The position numbers were made by a program, and so were the translations under genes. A DNA stretch of 64,000 nucleotides from NCBI GenBank assembly GCA_963813335.1, contig CAWEYL010000003.1, positions 320,001 through 384,000 of the forward strand. The letters are read 5' to 3'. This stretch comes from an uncultured Chloroflexia bacterium. GTDB taxonomy: Bacteria > Chloroflexota > Limnocylindria > Limnocylindrales > CSP1-4. Of the stretch, positions 9,487 to 19,768 are shown piece by piece. A model generated the notes under the pieces. The model saw only the letters and a program-made list of their open reading frames with translations, was not told the origin of the DNA and searched no databases. Numbering within the stretch: position 1 is the first letter of the stretch; each line of letters begins with the position of its first letter.

Positions 9487-11844
9487 ATGAGTGCGCCGTT
9501 CCAGGGCAAGATCAGCGTCGACATTCGCGACTCGGTCCCCGACTGGGCGCCCTTCCAGCCGCCCAAGGCGCCGGACGGTGCACCGAGCGTCGTGTACATC
9601 GTCCTGGACGACGTGGGCTTCTCCGCGATGAGCTCGTACGGCGGTCCGATCGAGACCCCGAACATCGATCGCATCGCGACGCAAGGCGTTCGCTACACCC
9701 AGTGGCACACGACGGCACTGTGCTCCCCGACACGATCCTGCCTGCTCACTGGCCGCAACCACACCCGCAACAGCATGGCCTGCATCACCGAAGCGGCCGG
9801 AGGGTACCCGAATGCCAGCGGCACGATCCCGCCCGAGAACGGGATGCTGCCGGAGATCCTGGGCGAGCTGGGCTGGAACACCTACATGGTCGGCAAGTGG
9901 CATCTCTGCCCGACCGTGGAGATGAACCTCGCTTCGACCCGCCGCAACTGGCCGAGCGGCCGCGGGTTCGAGCGCTGGTACGGGTTCCTCGGCGCCGAGA
10001 CGAACCAGTGGTTCCCGGACCTCGTCTACGACAACCACCCGGTGGACCCGCCGAAGACGCCCGACGAGGGCTACCACTTCGGCGTCGACATCACGGACAA
10101 GGCGCTCGAGTTCATCCGTGACGCCAAGGCCATCGCGCCAGACAAGCCGTTCTTCCTGTATTACGCGCCCGGTGCGGCGCATGCGCCACACCACGCCCCG
10201 AAGGACTGGATCGATCGGTTCAAGGGTCGCTTCGACATGGGCTACGAGGCGATGCGCGAGCAGACCCTCGCCCGCCAGAAGGCGTTGGGCCTCGTGCCGG
10301 CGGACACGGAGCTTCCGCCCCTCAACCCGATCGGCACGGCGCAGACCCGCAGCGGGCCAGACGGCAAGCCGTTCCCGCCGCTCGAGTACACGAAGCCCTG
10401 GGACACGCTCTCCGACGACGAGAAGCGCCTCTTCGCGCGGATGGCGGAGGTTTATGCGGGCTTCCTCGCGCACGCCGATCACCAGATCGGCCGTCTCCTC
10501 GACTACCTCGAGGAGACGGGCCAGCGCGAGAACACGCTGGTCATCCTCGTGTCCGACAACGGCGCGAGCGGCGAGGGCGGCCCGGACGGATCGGTCAACG
10601 AGAGCCTCCTGTTCAACGGCATCCCTGACAACCTCCAGGCCAATCTGGCCAAGCTCGACGAGCTTGGCGGCCCGACGACCTACAACCACTACACGAACGG
10701 GTGGGCGATGGCCTTCAACACGCCGTTCAAGATGTGGAAGCGGTACGAGTTCAATGGGGGCACGTCCGACCCGTGCATCATCAGCTGGCCGGGCAACGAG
10801 GCCGCCGCCGGCCAGATCCGGGAGCAATACCACCATGCGGTGGACCTGGTCCCGACGATCCTCGACCTGCTCGGCGTCGAGCCGCCGGCGAAGATCAAGG
10901 GCCACGTGCAGAGTTACTTCGATGGCGTGAGCATGCGCGCCAGCCTCGCCGACGCATCCGCCCCGTCCCCCCGGCACACGCAGTTCTACTCGATGCTCGG
11001 CTCGCGCGCGATCTGGCACGAGGGATGGAAGGCCGTCACGACCCATCCGACCATCAGCGGCTGGAGCCACTTCGAGAGCGACACCTGGGAGCTCTACCAC
11101 ACGGACGTGGACCGCTCCGAGATCCACGACCTCGCGGCCGAGATGCCCGAGAAGCTCCAGGAGATGGTCAACCTGTGGTACGCCGAGGCCGGCCGGAACG
11201 ACGGCTTCCCGCTGGACGATCGGTCGCCGCTCGAGATCATGTTGACCCCGCGACCGCAGCTGGCCAGCCCGCGGAACCGCTACGTCTACTACCCGGACAC
11301 CGCCGAGATCCCCGAGGCCCAGTCGGTCAATGTCCGCAACCGCTCATTCACGATCGGGGCGCTCGTTGACATCCCGGGACCGGGAGCAAACGGCGTGCTC
11401 TTCGCCCAGGGCGCGCGCTTCGGAGGGCACGCCCTGTACGTCAAGGAGAACCGGCTCCACTACGTCAACAGCTTCGTCGGGATGTTCGAGCAGAAGATCG
11501 TCGCGACAGAAGACCTGCCGACCGGCGAGAACCTCATCCTCGCGGCGTCGTTCGACAAGGACGGCGAGGACCCGCCCCACGTCTCGACCGGGATCCTGTC
11601 CCTCTACCACGGCGACAAGAAGGTGGGCGAGGGACGCATCAAGACCCAGCCGGGCATGTTCAGCGTCGCGGGTGAGGGCCTGTGTGTCGGACGTGACAGC
11701 AGCGATCCGGTGACCACCGACTATCCCGGCGAAGCGCCATATCGCTTCACGGGCGGGGTGATCCATCGGGTCGCGGTCGATGTGAGCGGCGAACCGTTCG
11801 TCGACATGGAGCGAGAGGCCGTCGCGATGTTGGCGCGTGAGTGA
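9487..11844 (+). CDS. Arylsulfatase (formylglycine-dependent, Cys-type) with C-terminal extension
   Basis: LDDVG, ALCSPTRSCLLTGRNH (CxPxR), GKWHL, SDNG. Confidence 0.95.
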   Translation: MSAPFQGKISVDIRDSVPDWAPFQPPKAPDGAPSVVYIVLDDVGFSAMSSYGGPIETPNIDRIATQGVRYTQWHTTALCSPTRSCLLTGRNHTRNSMACITEAAGGYPNASGTIPPENGMLPEILGELGWNTYMVGKWHLCPTVEMNLASTRRNWPSGRGFERWYGFLGAETNQWFPDLVYDNHPVDPPKTPDEGYHFGVDITDKALEFIRDAKAIAPDKPFFLYYAPGAAHAPHHAPKDWIDRFKGRFDMGYEAMREQTLARQKALGLVPADTELPPLNPIGTAQTRSGPDGKPFPPLEYTKPWDTLSDDEKRLFARMAEVYAGFLAHADHQIGRLLDYLEETGQRENTLVILVSDNGASGEGGPDGSVNESLLFNGIPDNLQANLAKLDELGGPTTYNHYTNGWAMAFNTPFKMWKRYEFNGGTSDPCIISWPGNEAAAGQIREQYHHAVDLVPTILDLLGVEPPAKIKGHVQSYFDGVSMRASLADASAPSPRHTQFYSMLGSRAIWHEGWKAVTTHPTISGWSHFESDTWELYHTDVDRSEIHDLAAEMPEKLQEMVNLWYAEAGRNDGFPLDDRSPLEIMLTPRPQLASPRNRYVYYPDTAEIPEAQSVNVRNRSFTIGALVDIPGPGANGVLFAQGARFGGHALYVKENRLHYVNSFVGMFEQKIVATEDLPTGENLILAASFDKDGEDPPHVSTGILSLYHGDKKVGEGRIKTQPGMFSVAGEGLCVGRDSSDPVTTDYPGEAPYRFTGGVIHRVAVDVSGEPFVDMEREAVAMLARE

Positions 11845-11960
11845 TGCGGCACCAGCGCGCCACCGTCCGCGTGGTACCGACCTCGGCTGGATGACCGGCG
11901 GGCCAGGGACGAGCGGCCGTGACGTCGGGCCCTGCCGCTGCTGGATCGCATCGGCGCGCG

Positions 11961-12359
11961 ATGCGCGCGCTGGCATGGTTCACGTTGGCACGGGGCTGCC
12001 TGGCGTTGGCCCTGGGTGTCGCTCTGCTCCTGCGGCTCGACGGGACGAGTGAGACCCTCGCCACATTCATGGGCCTCTACTGGCTGACGGGCGGGGTCGT
12101 CACGCTGACCCTCCATCGCGAGATCCGCAGCATCGGTGCGCGTCGCATGCCGATCGTGGCCGGCATTACGGGCGAAGCATGGCCGGGGCGCCGACGGATT
12201 CCCCGGAGCTCGAGGGGCGAGTCGACGCCTGGTCGAGTCGCTCGAAGAGGCGGTCGCGATCGATGTGCTCGGGTCGTTCTGGCGGCGGCGCGATCTTCGT
12301 GGCCCGCACGGTCGGCCGGCTGGTATGAACGTCCAGGGACGCAACGGGGCGGCTCATGA
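11961..12359 (+). pseudogene. HdeD/DUF308-like membrane protein remnant
   Basis: ARG.LALALG...LATFMGLYWLTGG start; frame breaks after about 70 codons; end coordinate approximate. Confidence 0.5.
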
Positions 12360-12388
12360 AGGACGTCCAGTGCAGGGAACCGAGTTGA

Positions 12389-12416
12389 TGGTCCGGGCGA
12401 GAGGATGGGAGCCTCC
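12389..12416 (-). repeat. Degenerate tRNA-Pro 3'-end copy (att-like site 1)
   Basis: TGGTCCGGGCGAGAGGATGGGAGCCTCC matches 50754-50781 at 24/28 positions; intergenic. Confidence 0.7.
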
Positions 12417-12433
12417 CAAGGACCGGGACGGCG

Positions 12434-13843
12434 TCACGCCTCTGCCGCCCCGTGACAGTGCTTGACCTTGCGGCCGCTCCCGCACGGGCACGGGTCGTTC
12501 CGCCCGGCCTTCGCGACAGCAGCCCGGAGTTCGGCGTCGCGTGCCGCGTAGACCGCCATCAACTCTGCCGGGGCACGACCCTGGCTCAGCAGGGCCGACA
12601 TCGCACGCATCGGCTGGTCGACATGGTGGAAGAACGCCTTGTACCCACTGCACAGGTAGTTGAGCCCGGGCTCGCCGTCCGGCGTCCGGATGAAGCGGTC
12701 CTTGGGACATGCGCCGTGGCAGGCGAACCGGACGTCGCAGTCAAGACAGAACTGCGGGAGGGTGTCGAGCTTGTCCTGACCGAACTTGCGCTGGGCGGGT
12801 GAGGCGACCAGCTCGGCCATCGGCGTCTCCGTGATGTTGCCGAGCTTGTAGCCCTCCTCGACGAAGTGATCGCACGAGTAGACGTCGCCGTTGTGCTCCA
12901 TCGCCAGCGCGGCGCCGCAGGTCGGCTGGAAGACGCACAGGCCGCCCGGCTCGCCGTGCCAGTTGGCCAGGGCGACATCGAACATCTGGACGTAGACGGT
13001 CCCGATGTCCCGGCGGACCCACTCGTCGAAGACCGTGTTGAGGAACGTGCCGTACTGGTCGGCCGTGACGGAGCGGTCGGTCACGAGATCGCCTTCCTGG
13101 CGGTATAGCGGCCGGTCGCGCCACGATCGCCACGGCGCCTCGCGCGCCAGGCCCGGAGACAGCTCGATCTGATCGAGGGTCACGTCGATCCGCGGTGTCG
13201 GCAGGCGCTCGATGATCGGGATGAACTGGAGATAGCGCGACCCGAGCTCGTCGCGCAGGTAGCGGTAGACCTCGAGCGGACTGTCGGCGTTCGCCCGGTG
13301 GAGCGTGGTCAGGGTGTTGAACTCGACGTCGTGGCGCTTCAGGGTCTCGAGACCGCGGAGCACGCGGTCGGAGGTCGGCGCGCCGCCTCGGTCGACGCGA
13401 TAGGCATCGTGCATCGCCGGCGGTCCGTCGATGCTGATCCCGACGAGGTAGTCGTGCTCCTTGAAGATCGCCGCCATCTCGTCGTCGATAAGCGTGCCGT
13501 TGGTCTGGATCGTGAATTCGACCTGCATGCCCGGCCGCCGGTACTTCTCGACGTAGGCATGGGCGCGCCGGAAGAAGTCGGCGCCCATGAGGGTCGGCTC
13601 ACCGCCCTGCCAGGCGATCGCCACGTACGGCACCCGCTGCGCCTCGATCAGCTGGCGGATGTACGACTCGAGCAGCTCGTCGGCCATTCGGAAGCGACTG
13701 CCCGGATACAGCATCTCCTTGGACAGGAAGAAGCAATACTCGCAGTCGAGGTTACAGGTCGCGCCGGTCGGCTTGGCCAGGAGGTGAAAGGCCGGCGGGG
13801 CGTCCGTCGCTGCGGTCGGGACAGGCGTCTCGGTCGGATTCAT
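12434..13843 (-). CDS. Anaerobic sulfatase maturase (radical SAM/SPASM) with SEC-C tail
   Basis: KPTGATCNLDCEYC, WQGGEPTL, VYSCDHFV, CRFACHGACPKDR, GRNDPCPCGSGRK. Confidence 0.95.
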   Translation of the reverse strand: MNPTETPVPTAATDAPPAFHLLAKPTGATCNLDCEYCFFLSKEMLYPGSRFRMADELLESYIRQLIEAQRVPYVAIAWQGGEPTLMGADFFRRAHAYVEKYRRPGMQVEFTIQTNGTLIDDEMAAIFKEHDYLVGISIDGPPAMHDAYRVDRGGAPTSDRVLRGLETLKRHDVEFNTLTTLHRANADSPLEVYRYLRDELGSRYLQFIPIIERLPTPRIDVTLDQIELSPGLAREAPWRSWRDRPLYRQEGDLVTDRSVTADQYGTFLNTVFDEWVRRDIGTVYVQMFDVALANWHGEPGGLCVFQPTCGAALAMEHNGDVYSCDHFVEEGYKLGNITETPMAELVASPAQRKFGQDKLDTLPQFCLDCDVRFACHGACPKDRFIRTPDGEPGLNYLCSGYKAFFHHVDQPMRAMSALLSQGRAPAELMAVYAARDAELRAAVAKAGRNDPCPCGSGRKVKHCHGAAEA

Positions 13844-14250
13844 CGGGGCACCGAGCCGCCGTGGACGACGCCCACATCTACACCGCGGCGGCCGCGACGG
13901 CCGGTGTCTGGACGGGCGACCACGACTCCGGCGCCGAACCGGTGCTCGGACACCACGTGCGCGTGACGCCGATCTGGAGTCGGTAGACGTCGATCATGCG
14001 GCGCACTTGTCCCTTTCCGTCGCGGTGGTCCACCACAACCATAGTGGTCCGGCCGAGCACGCGAAGCGGCATCTCGCCGACTTGGGGCACGGTCGGGCGC
14101 GACCAGCCGAGCACAGGATCTCCCTCGGACGCTCGGAGGTGTGGCCGAGTCTGTCGAGCCGTGAGTCGCCGGAGAACGAGGAACCGGAGACCGAGGGCCG
14201 GTGCCCGCGATCTCCGGTCGTTGGTGGGCGCCAACCGGGCCTACCAGGTC

Positions 14251-14790
14251 TCAGTTGCCGTCGTCGCTCCCGCCACCCTTGCCGCCGTGGTCGTCGGGCG
14301 TGGCCGTCGGCTTGGCCGCGTCGTCGCTGCCGCCACCCTTGCCGCCGTGGTCGTCGGGCGTGGCCGTCGGCTTGGCCGTCGGCTTCGCCGAGTCGTCGCT
14401 GCCGCCTCCGCTGCCGGCGTGGTCGTCCGCCGAGGCGGTCGGCTTGGCCGCATCATCGCTGCCGCCACCGCTGCCGCCGTGGTCGTCGGGCGAGGCGGTC
14501 GGGTTCGTCGCGTCGTCGCTGCCGCCGCCGCTGTCGCCGTGGTCGTCGGCCGACGCGGTCGGCTGGGCCGCGTCGTCGCTGCCGGCGCCGCTGCCGCCGT
14601 GGTCGTCGGGCGAGGCGGTCGGCGTCTCGATCAGCCCGCCATTGTCGTCCGCGCCCACAGCGGGCTGGGCGACGATCGGAGCCGGATGGTCATCCTTGTT
14701 CTCGGCGTCGCGAGCCAGGGCCATGCCACCGACCATCAGGAGGGCGGCGGCGGCGAGGATGCCAGTGGTGGTGAGGTTTTGGCGGTTCAT
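14251..14790 (-). CDS. Secreted low-complexity DDHGG-repeat protein
   Basis: Signal peptide ending ALA; six 20-aa repeats PTAxxDDHGGxGGGSDDAAx. Confidence 0.8.
   Translation of the reverse strand: MNRQNLTTTGILAAAALLMVGGMALARDAENKDDHPAPIVAQPAVGADDNGGLIETPTASPDDHGGSGAGSDDAAQPTASADDHGDSGGGSDDATNPTASPDDHGGSGGGSDDAAKPTASADDHAGSGGGSDDSAKPTAKPTATPDDHGGKGGGSDDAAKPTATPDDHGGKGGGSDDGN
14258..14625 (-). repeat. 60-bp in-frame tandem repeat, six units
   Basis: Repeated gtcgtcgctgccgcc...gccgtggtcgtcggg units. Confidence 0.85.
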
Positions 14791-14904
14791 CTCAGACCCT
14801 CATATCTCGGTGCTGGTCGTTCTGTCAGTCGGGTGGGTTCGCTGCACTGAACGATGGGGTCGGTCTGCGGCTTGCACCACCGGCCCAGGTTCCGAAACGC
14901 ATCG

Positions 14905-14937
14905 GACCTTGGTCTGACGCCGGCTCAGACCCGGGTC
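14905..14937. promoter_or_regulatory. Paired GACC-N2-GGTC palindromes (putative response-regulator sites)
   Basis: GACCTTGGTC at 14905 and GACCCGGGTC at 14928, 23 bp apart, between divergent genes. Confidence 0.55.
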
Positions 14938-14993
14938 CGGTCTCCTCGCGCCGCCGCCCTCCTACAATCGGGTGCAAGGAACAGGAGGTAGCG

Positions 14994-16484
14994 GTGCTTC
15001 GACAGCGAGTCGCCGGGCTCAGGGCGCAGGCTCGAAGCCGACCGGGACGACCTCGTGTTCGTCTGCCGACGGCCTGGCACCTGCCCGGGCTCGGCCTGGC
15101 GGGCATGCCCCTGGCCCGCCGCTACCTGCTGGTCAGCCTCGTCTTCGTCGTCATCGGCGGGGGAGTGGTGGCCTTCTCACTCGGCCAGCTCATCGAGAGC
15201 AGCGCCATCAACCGCACGACCTCGCTGACCGCCTTGTATGCCGACAGCTTCCTGGCGCCAGAGCTGCAGTCGCTGGCCAGCAGCCAGGACCTGAGCCCGT
15301 CCGAGATCGCATCCCTCCAGCGCCTCCTCAGCGATTCGCCACTGGCCCAGAAGGTCGTCTCCTTCCGGGTCTGGTCGACCGACGGTCGGATCCTCTACAG
15401 CCCGGTCCCGGAGCTGATCGGCCGCCGGTTCGACATGAGCGGTGACCGCGGCGCGGCCGCCCAGGGCGCGGTGATCGGGGACCTCAGCGACCTCAGCGAT
15501 CCGGAGAACGCGTACGAGCGGGAGCGCTGGAACCACCTCATCGAGATCTACCTGCCGGTTCGCGCGACCGGCTCGTCCCGGATCATCGCGGTGGCCGAGT
15601 TCTATCAGCTCCCCGACGAGCTCGAGGCCGAGGTGAACAAGGACCGCCTGATCACGTGGGGGCTGGTGGCGGGCGCCACGTTCCTGGCCTATCTGGCCCT
15701 CGTCCGCGTCGTTCGCCAGGGCAGTTCGACGATCCTCCGCCAGGAGGGCGAGCTCCGGCAACAGGTGCTCGAGCTCTCGACGCTGCTCGAGCGGAACGCA
15801 CGGCTGAGCGACCGCATCCGTCATGCGGCGGCCCGGACCACGGCTCTGACCGAACTGGAGCGCCGCCGGATCGGCTCCGACCTCCACGACGGGCCGAGTC
15901 AGACCCTCGCCCTCGCGATGCTCCGTCTCGACGCCGTGGAGGGACGATTCGATGCCGCGGGCCTGACCGGCGACGCCGATCTCCAGGATGTGCGGGGCGC
16001 GATGGAGGCGGCGCTGACGGACATGCGCGGCATCGCCGCGGGGCTTCGAACCCCCGAGCTCGAGCGGGCCAGCCCGGTCGAGATCGTCCGGCGCGCCGTC
16101 GCCGAACACGAGCGCCTGGCCGAAACACCGGTCACGGTGGTGCTCGACGGCATCCCGGCCAGCGCCCCGCTCGCGACCAAGATCGCCCTCTACCGGATCC
16201 TGTCCGAGGCCCTGTCGAACGCGGCGCGGCACGGACGGGGGGCCGCGGTCGAGGTGAGGGTGACCGAGGGAGATGAGGGCGACCTGATCCTCGAGATCAG
16301 CGACAGCGGGCCCGGGTTCGATCTCACTCGGAAGCCCGCTGAAGGGCACCTCGGCCTCGCGGGCATGCGCGAGCGCGCGGAGCTGCTTGGCGGTCGGTTC
16401 GATCTCGAGTCCACCCCTGGTTTCGGCACTCGCGTCAGGGCGGCGCTGCCGCTCGTCGGACCATCGGGCGAGGAGGACGCGTGA
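14994..16484 (+). CDS. Membrane sensor histidine kinase (HisKA_3/NarX class)
   Basis: Two TM helices flanking a Cache-like domain; ERRRIGSDLHDG, EALSNAARH, DSGPGF, GLAGMRER. Confidence 0.93.
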   Translation: MLRQRVAGLRAQARSRPGRPRVRLPTAWHLPGLGLAGMPLARRYLLVSLVFVVIGGGVVAFSLGQLIESSAINRTTSLTALYADSFLAPELQSLASSQDLSPSEIASLQRLLSDSPLAQKVVSFRVWSTDGRILYSPVPELIGRRFDMSGDRGAAAQGAVIGDLSDLSDPENAYERERWNHLIEIYLPVRATGSSRIIAVAEFYQLPDELEAEVNKDRLITWGLVAGATFLAYLALVRVVRQGSSTILRQEGELRQQVLELSTLLERNARLSDRIRHAAARTTALTELERRRIGSDLHDGPSQTLALAMLRLDAVEGRFDAAGLTGDADLQDVRGAMEAALTDMRGIAAGLRTPELERASPVEIVRRAVAEHERLAETPVTVVLDGIPASAPLATKIALYRILSEALSNAARHGRGAAVEVRVTEGDEGDLILEISDSGPGFDLTRKPAEGHLGLAGMRERAELLGGRFDLESTPGFGTRVRAALPLVGPSGEEDA

Positions 16485-17149
16485 CCGAGCCGATCCGCAT
16501 CATCGTGATGGACGACCACCCGCTCCTCCTGGACGGCCTCGTCGCCACCCTCTCGGCAGACGAGGAGCTGGAGGTGGTCGCAACGGGCGGCGACGCGTCG
16601 TCCGCTGTGGCGGCCGCACGACGCCTGCAGCCTGAGCTCGCCCTGCTCGACATCGGGATGCCCGGCGGCGGCATCGAAGCCGCGCGGCTCATCGGCTCGG
16701 GCTCTCCCACGACTCGCGTGGTCATCCTCACGAGCTCCGAGAACGAGGACGACCTGCGGGCCGCCATGGATGCGGGCGTCAAGGGCTACGTGCTCAAGGG
16801 TGTGGCCGGGCGCGAGCTTCGGACCATCCTCAAGTCGGTCCACCGCGGTGAGGTCTACGTCGCCCCCGGGCTGGCGTACGTCATGATCAAGGGCCTGACC
16901 AGGCCGCGTTCCGTCGACCCGTTCGAGGACCTGACCACTCGAGAGCGCGAGGTCCTCGAGCTCGTTGCCGCCGGCCTCTCGAATGCCGAGATCGGCGGCC
17001 GGCTCGGACTCGCCGAGAAGACCGTGAAGCACTACATGACCGCGATCCTGGGCAAGCTCCAGGTCGGCAGTCGCGTCGAGGCTGCGTTGCTCGCCTACAA
17101 GGCCGGCGTGCGCCCCGACGCGGACGGACGAGACGACAGCCAGGGCTGA
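16481..17149 (+). CDS. NarL/LuxR-family response regulator
   Basis: DDHP, LLDIGMP, LTTREREVL, TVKHYMTAILGKL. Confidence 0.95.
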   Translation: MTEPIRIIVMDDHPLLLDGLVATLSADEELEVVATGGDASSAVAAARRLQPELALLDIGMPGGGIEAARLIGSGSPTTRVVILTSSENEDDLRAAMDAGVKGYVLKGVAGRELRTILKSVHRGEVYVAPGLAYVMIKGLTRPRSVDPFEDLTTREREVLELVAAGLSNAEIGGRLGLAEKTVKHYMTAILGKLQVGSRVEAALLAYKAGVRPDADGRDDSQG

Positions 17150-17189
17150 ACACCGCGAGGGACCGCCTCCCCCGCCATCGTCTGCCACG

Positions 17190-17222
17190 GACCAAGGGTC
17201 GGCGCCCGTTCAGACCAAGGTC
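17190..17222. promoter_or_regulatory. Paired GACC-N2-GGTC sites upstream of the secreted-protein gene
   Basis: GACCAAGGGT at 17190 and GACCAAGGTC at 17213, 23 bp apart. Confidence 0.55.
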
Positions 17223-17355
17223 CGGCTTCGTTCGCGACTGGAGCCCGTTCCGAAACCGCATCGTTCCGCCGAGGCTGTGCATCAACGAAAGGGCGCGGCG
17301 CCAAGGGAACCACCCAGCGGCCCGCCCGGTCCGTCAAGCAGTCAAGGAGCCACCG

Positions 17356-17775
17356 ATGTCCCGCCTCAGCACCAGCCGCGTCTCCCGCTTCCTCGCGACG
17401 ACCGGCATCGCGTCCGCCATCCTGCTCGGGACGCTCGCCGCCCCGACGGCCACGCTCGCCAAGGGCGGCGGCACCGTCGTCCGCGCCACGGGCACCTGCA
17501 CGGCCGCCAGCACTTCGAAGCTCAAGGCCAAGCACGACGGCAGTCGCATCGAGGTCGAGTTCGAGGTCGATCAGAACCGCAACAACCGCCTGTGGAAGGT
17601 GACCATCTCGGACGACGGCCACCGGGTCTTCACCGGCACGCGCCGGACCGTGGCACCCAGCGGCTCGTTCTCCGTCACGCGCCGGATCCCGAACCGCGTC
17701 GGCAAGGACCGGATCGTCGCCCGGGCCGTCAATGCCACGACGGGCGAGGTCTGCCGGGCGGCGCTCAGCGTCTGA
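17356..17775 (+). CDS. Secreted protein of unknown function
   Basis: AAGGAG RBS, signal peptide, two Cys, KLKAKHDGSRIEVEFEVD. Confidence 0.8.
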   Translation: MSRLSTSRVSRFLATTGIASAILLGTLAAPTATLAKGGGTVVRATGTCTAASTSKLKAKHDGSRIEVEFEVDQNRNNRLWKVTISDDGHRVFTGTRRTVAPSGSFSVTRRIPNRVGKDRIVARAVNATTGEVCRAALSV

Positions 17776-17794
17776 ATCCCGCGCTTCCCGAACG

Positions 17795-17829
17795 AACGGA
17801 CGGTGGTCCACGACCACCGTCCGTTTCTT
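17795..17829 (+). terminator. Intrinsic terminator
   Basis: Perfect 14-bp stem AACGGACGGTGGTC-CAC-GACCACCGTCCGTT followed by TCTT. Confidence 0.8.
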
Positions 17830-17904
17830 GATTCCCGGGGCGGGTCGGCGAGGGTGATCGGCGCGGTCGGGCCCCGCGACAGCGGCCCGATCACATCGAT
17901 CGGG

Positions 17905-19105
17905 TCAGGATGCCGGATCCTGCGACGAGTCCGCTGGCTCGGTCGGGACGGCCGCCTCATCGGCGGAGATCGCATCGCCCCCGGAGCCAGCGGGGCGTCG
18001 GGCGACGCCGGGCATCGCCTGCTGGACCGCCCGCCCGATCATCTCGAGGAGTGGGGCGACTTGGCCAAGCAGCTCCACTCCTTCGCCGTAGAAGGTCAGG
18101 TTCGTCCCCTGGAGGACCTTTGATGCGGCCTCGACGATCTCGGGTGCCTGCTGGACCGGGAGCAACTCGAGCTGCATCTGCTGCTGTGCCCGTGGGAGCA
18201 GCAACTGCTGATCGACATCGAGCGACTTGACCTGATTCTGCAGCGTTCGCATGGCGAGTTCCTCGGCGAGGATCCCGCGCTCGGTCTCGATCCGAAGGAG
18301 TCGGACCGGAGCCTCCGCCGTCAGGCGGTCCTGCTCGGCAGCGAGCCTGCCGTGCAGCCGCTGCTGTTCGAGTTCGCCTTCCTGCCGCTCGGTCTCGAAG
18401 TGTTCCGCCAGGTCTCGCCGCTGGCGAGCGACCTTGGCGGTCTCCATCTCCTCCTCGCGTCGGAGGGTGGCCTGGTCGGCCGCCAGCTTCTGTTCCTGGA
18501 TCCGGGTCTCGGACTCCAGTTCGGCCAACTGGAACTGCTCCTGGGCCTGCATGTTCGACTGGTCGGCCTTGAGCTTGATCTCGTTGCGGACCTCGGCCTC
18601 GAGCTGCTGCCGAAGGGTGGGGTCGACGATGAAGACCTGCGCGACCTGGGATGTCTCGATCCGGACGCCCCATTCCGTCGCGTCGCTGCCCTCGGGGTGG
18701 ACCGTCGCCCGCAAGCGCCGCGTCGATGACGCCGCTCAGCGTCGTCTTCCGCTGCTCGATGCACTCGACCATCGTCATGTGCGAGACGGCGTGCCGCAAT
18801 TCGCCGTAGCAGACGTGGGTGAGCAGAGTGGTGATCTGGGTCGTGCCGTCGCCCTTCGTGAAGTCGAACATGGCGGCAGCGGCGACGGGGTCGGTGATCC
18901 GATAGATGAAGGTGCCCTTGAACCGCAGCGGGACGCCGTCCTTGGTCTCCTGGGTGAACTCGAAGGCCGCTTCCTGCTTCGTGCTCGGGACCAGGACGTA
19001 GATCGTGCCCGGCCTCAGGTAGGTGTTGACCGCCGATCCGCGGTTCTCGAGCACCCCCTTGCGACCCACCAAGAGGTACTCGTTCGGCCCAGCGCGCACC
19101 ATCAT
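17905..19105 (-). CDS. SPFH/flotillin-like protein with coiled coil (one frameshift near 18713)
   Basis: AAGGAGG RBS; MMVRAGPNEYLLV...ETKDGVPLRFKG; continues in the 17905..18714 frame (WGVRIE..QV, coiled coil). Confidence 0.75.
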
Positions 19106-19427
19106 CAGCCTCCTTCGGCGGGCCGTCGGGTAGGCGTCGTCATGACGCTCCACGCGCCCTGAGACAAGGAGAGCACTGCGGGCCGACGTCTCCAATCAGC
19201 CGGAAGTCCGGTCGGTGCCTCGGGGGGCGTTGGCGAGCGGGGAAGCCAGCTCCGGTCGTACGCGCAGCGCTTGTCAGCGGCAGCGGCTGTCGGCGGTGGC
19301 AGGCCCGCTCTCGACGCACCGCGATCGGTACGCTCCTCGGATACGAGGCCTCGGCCTTCTGGGGCGTGAGGTGAGCACGGTCACGGCAAGCTCGTGGTGG
19401 ACCCGCCTGTGACTCGATGTGGACCGG

Positions 19428-19703
19428 CTACGCGCTCGCCAGAACGCTGAACACGTCGACCGACTCGACTCGCATGAAGGGAGGTCGAGGCGCAGTGCGG
19501 GCGGCCTCGAGGGCGTCGCGCGCGGCCTCCTCGGACGCGAAGACCAGGACATTGAGCGTCCTGCCGGCACCGTCGCTCATCCAGAGCGCCGAGACGAAGC
19601 CCGGCGCAATGCGAACGCGCGGCGCCACGTTCGCATTCACCATGCTCCCGCTTCCATCGATCTGCGCCGCATCGCCCGCCTCGCGGACCACGACTGCGAA
19701 CAT
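19428..19703 (-). CDS. Small hypothetical protein (ABM/ferredoxin-like fold)
   Basis: AAGGAG RBS; VAPRVR.APGFVSA.W and VFASEEAA patterns. Confidence 0.6.
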   Translation of the reverse strand: MFAVVVREAGDAAQIDGSGSMVNANVAPRVRIAPGFVSALWMSDGAGRTLNVLVFASEEAARDALEAARTAPRPPFMRVESVDVFSVLASA

Positions 19704-19768
19704 CGGACGCTCCTTCTCTTATGATCACGCAAGCCAACGTGATTTCACATAAGGTAGAGTTGCACGAA

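Noticed and set aside
13844-14250. Small ORFs or ncRNA in the anSME upstream gap
   Set aside because: No recognisable motif, RBS-supported ORF or conserved structure
14258-14625. Possible CRISPR array
   Set aside because: 60-bp in-frame coding repeat with no unique spacers, and no cas genes in the window
18700-18725. Programmed ribosomal frameshift in the SPFH gene
   Set aside because: No slippery heptamer; the same CTG-to-CTTG pattern recurs elsewhere, consistent with sequencing error
19361-19371. Possible further att copy GGGGCGTGAGG
   Set aside because: Only 10/11 match with no flanking similarity; within chance at this GC content
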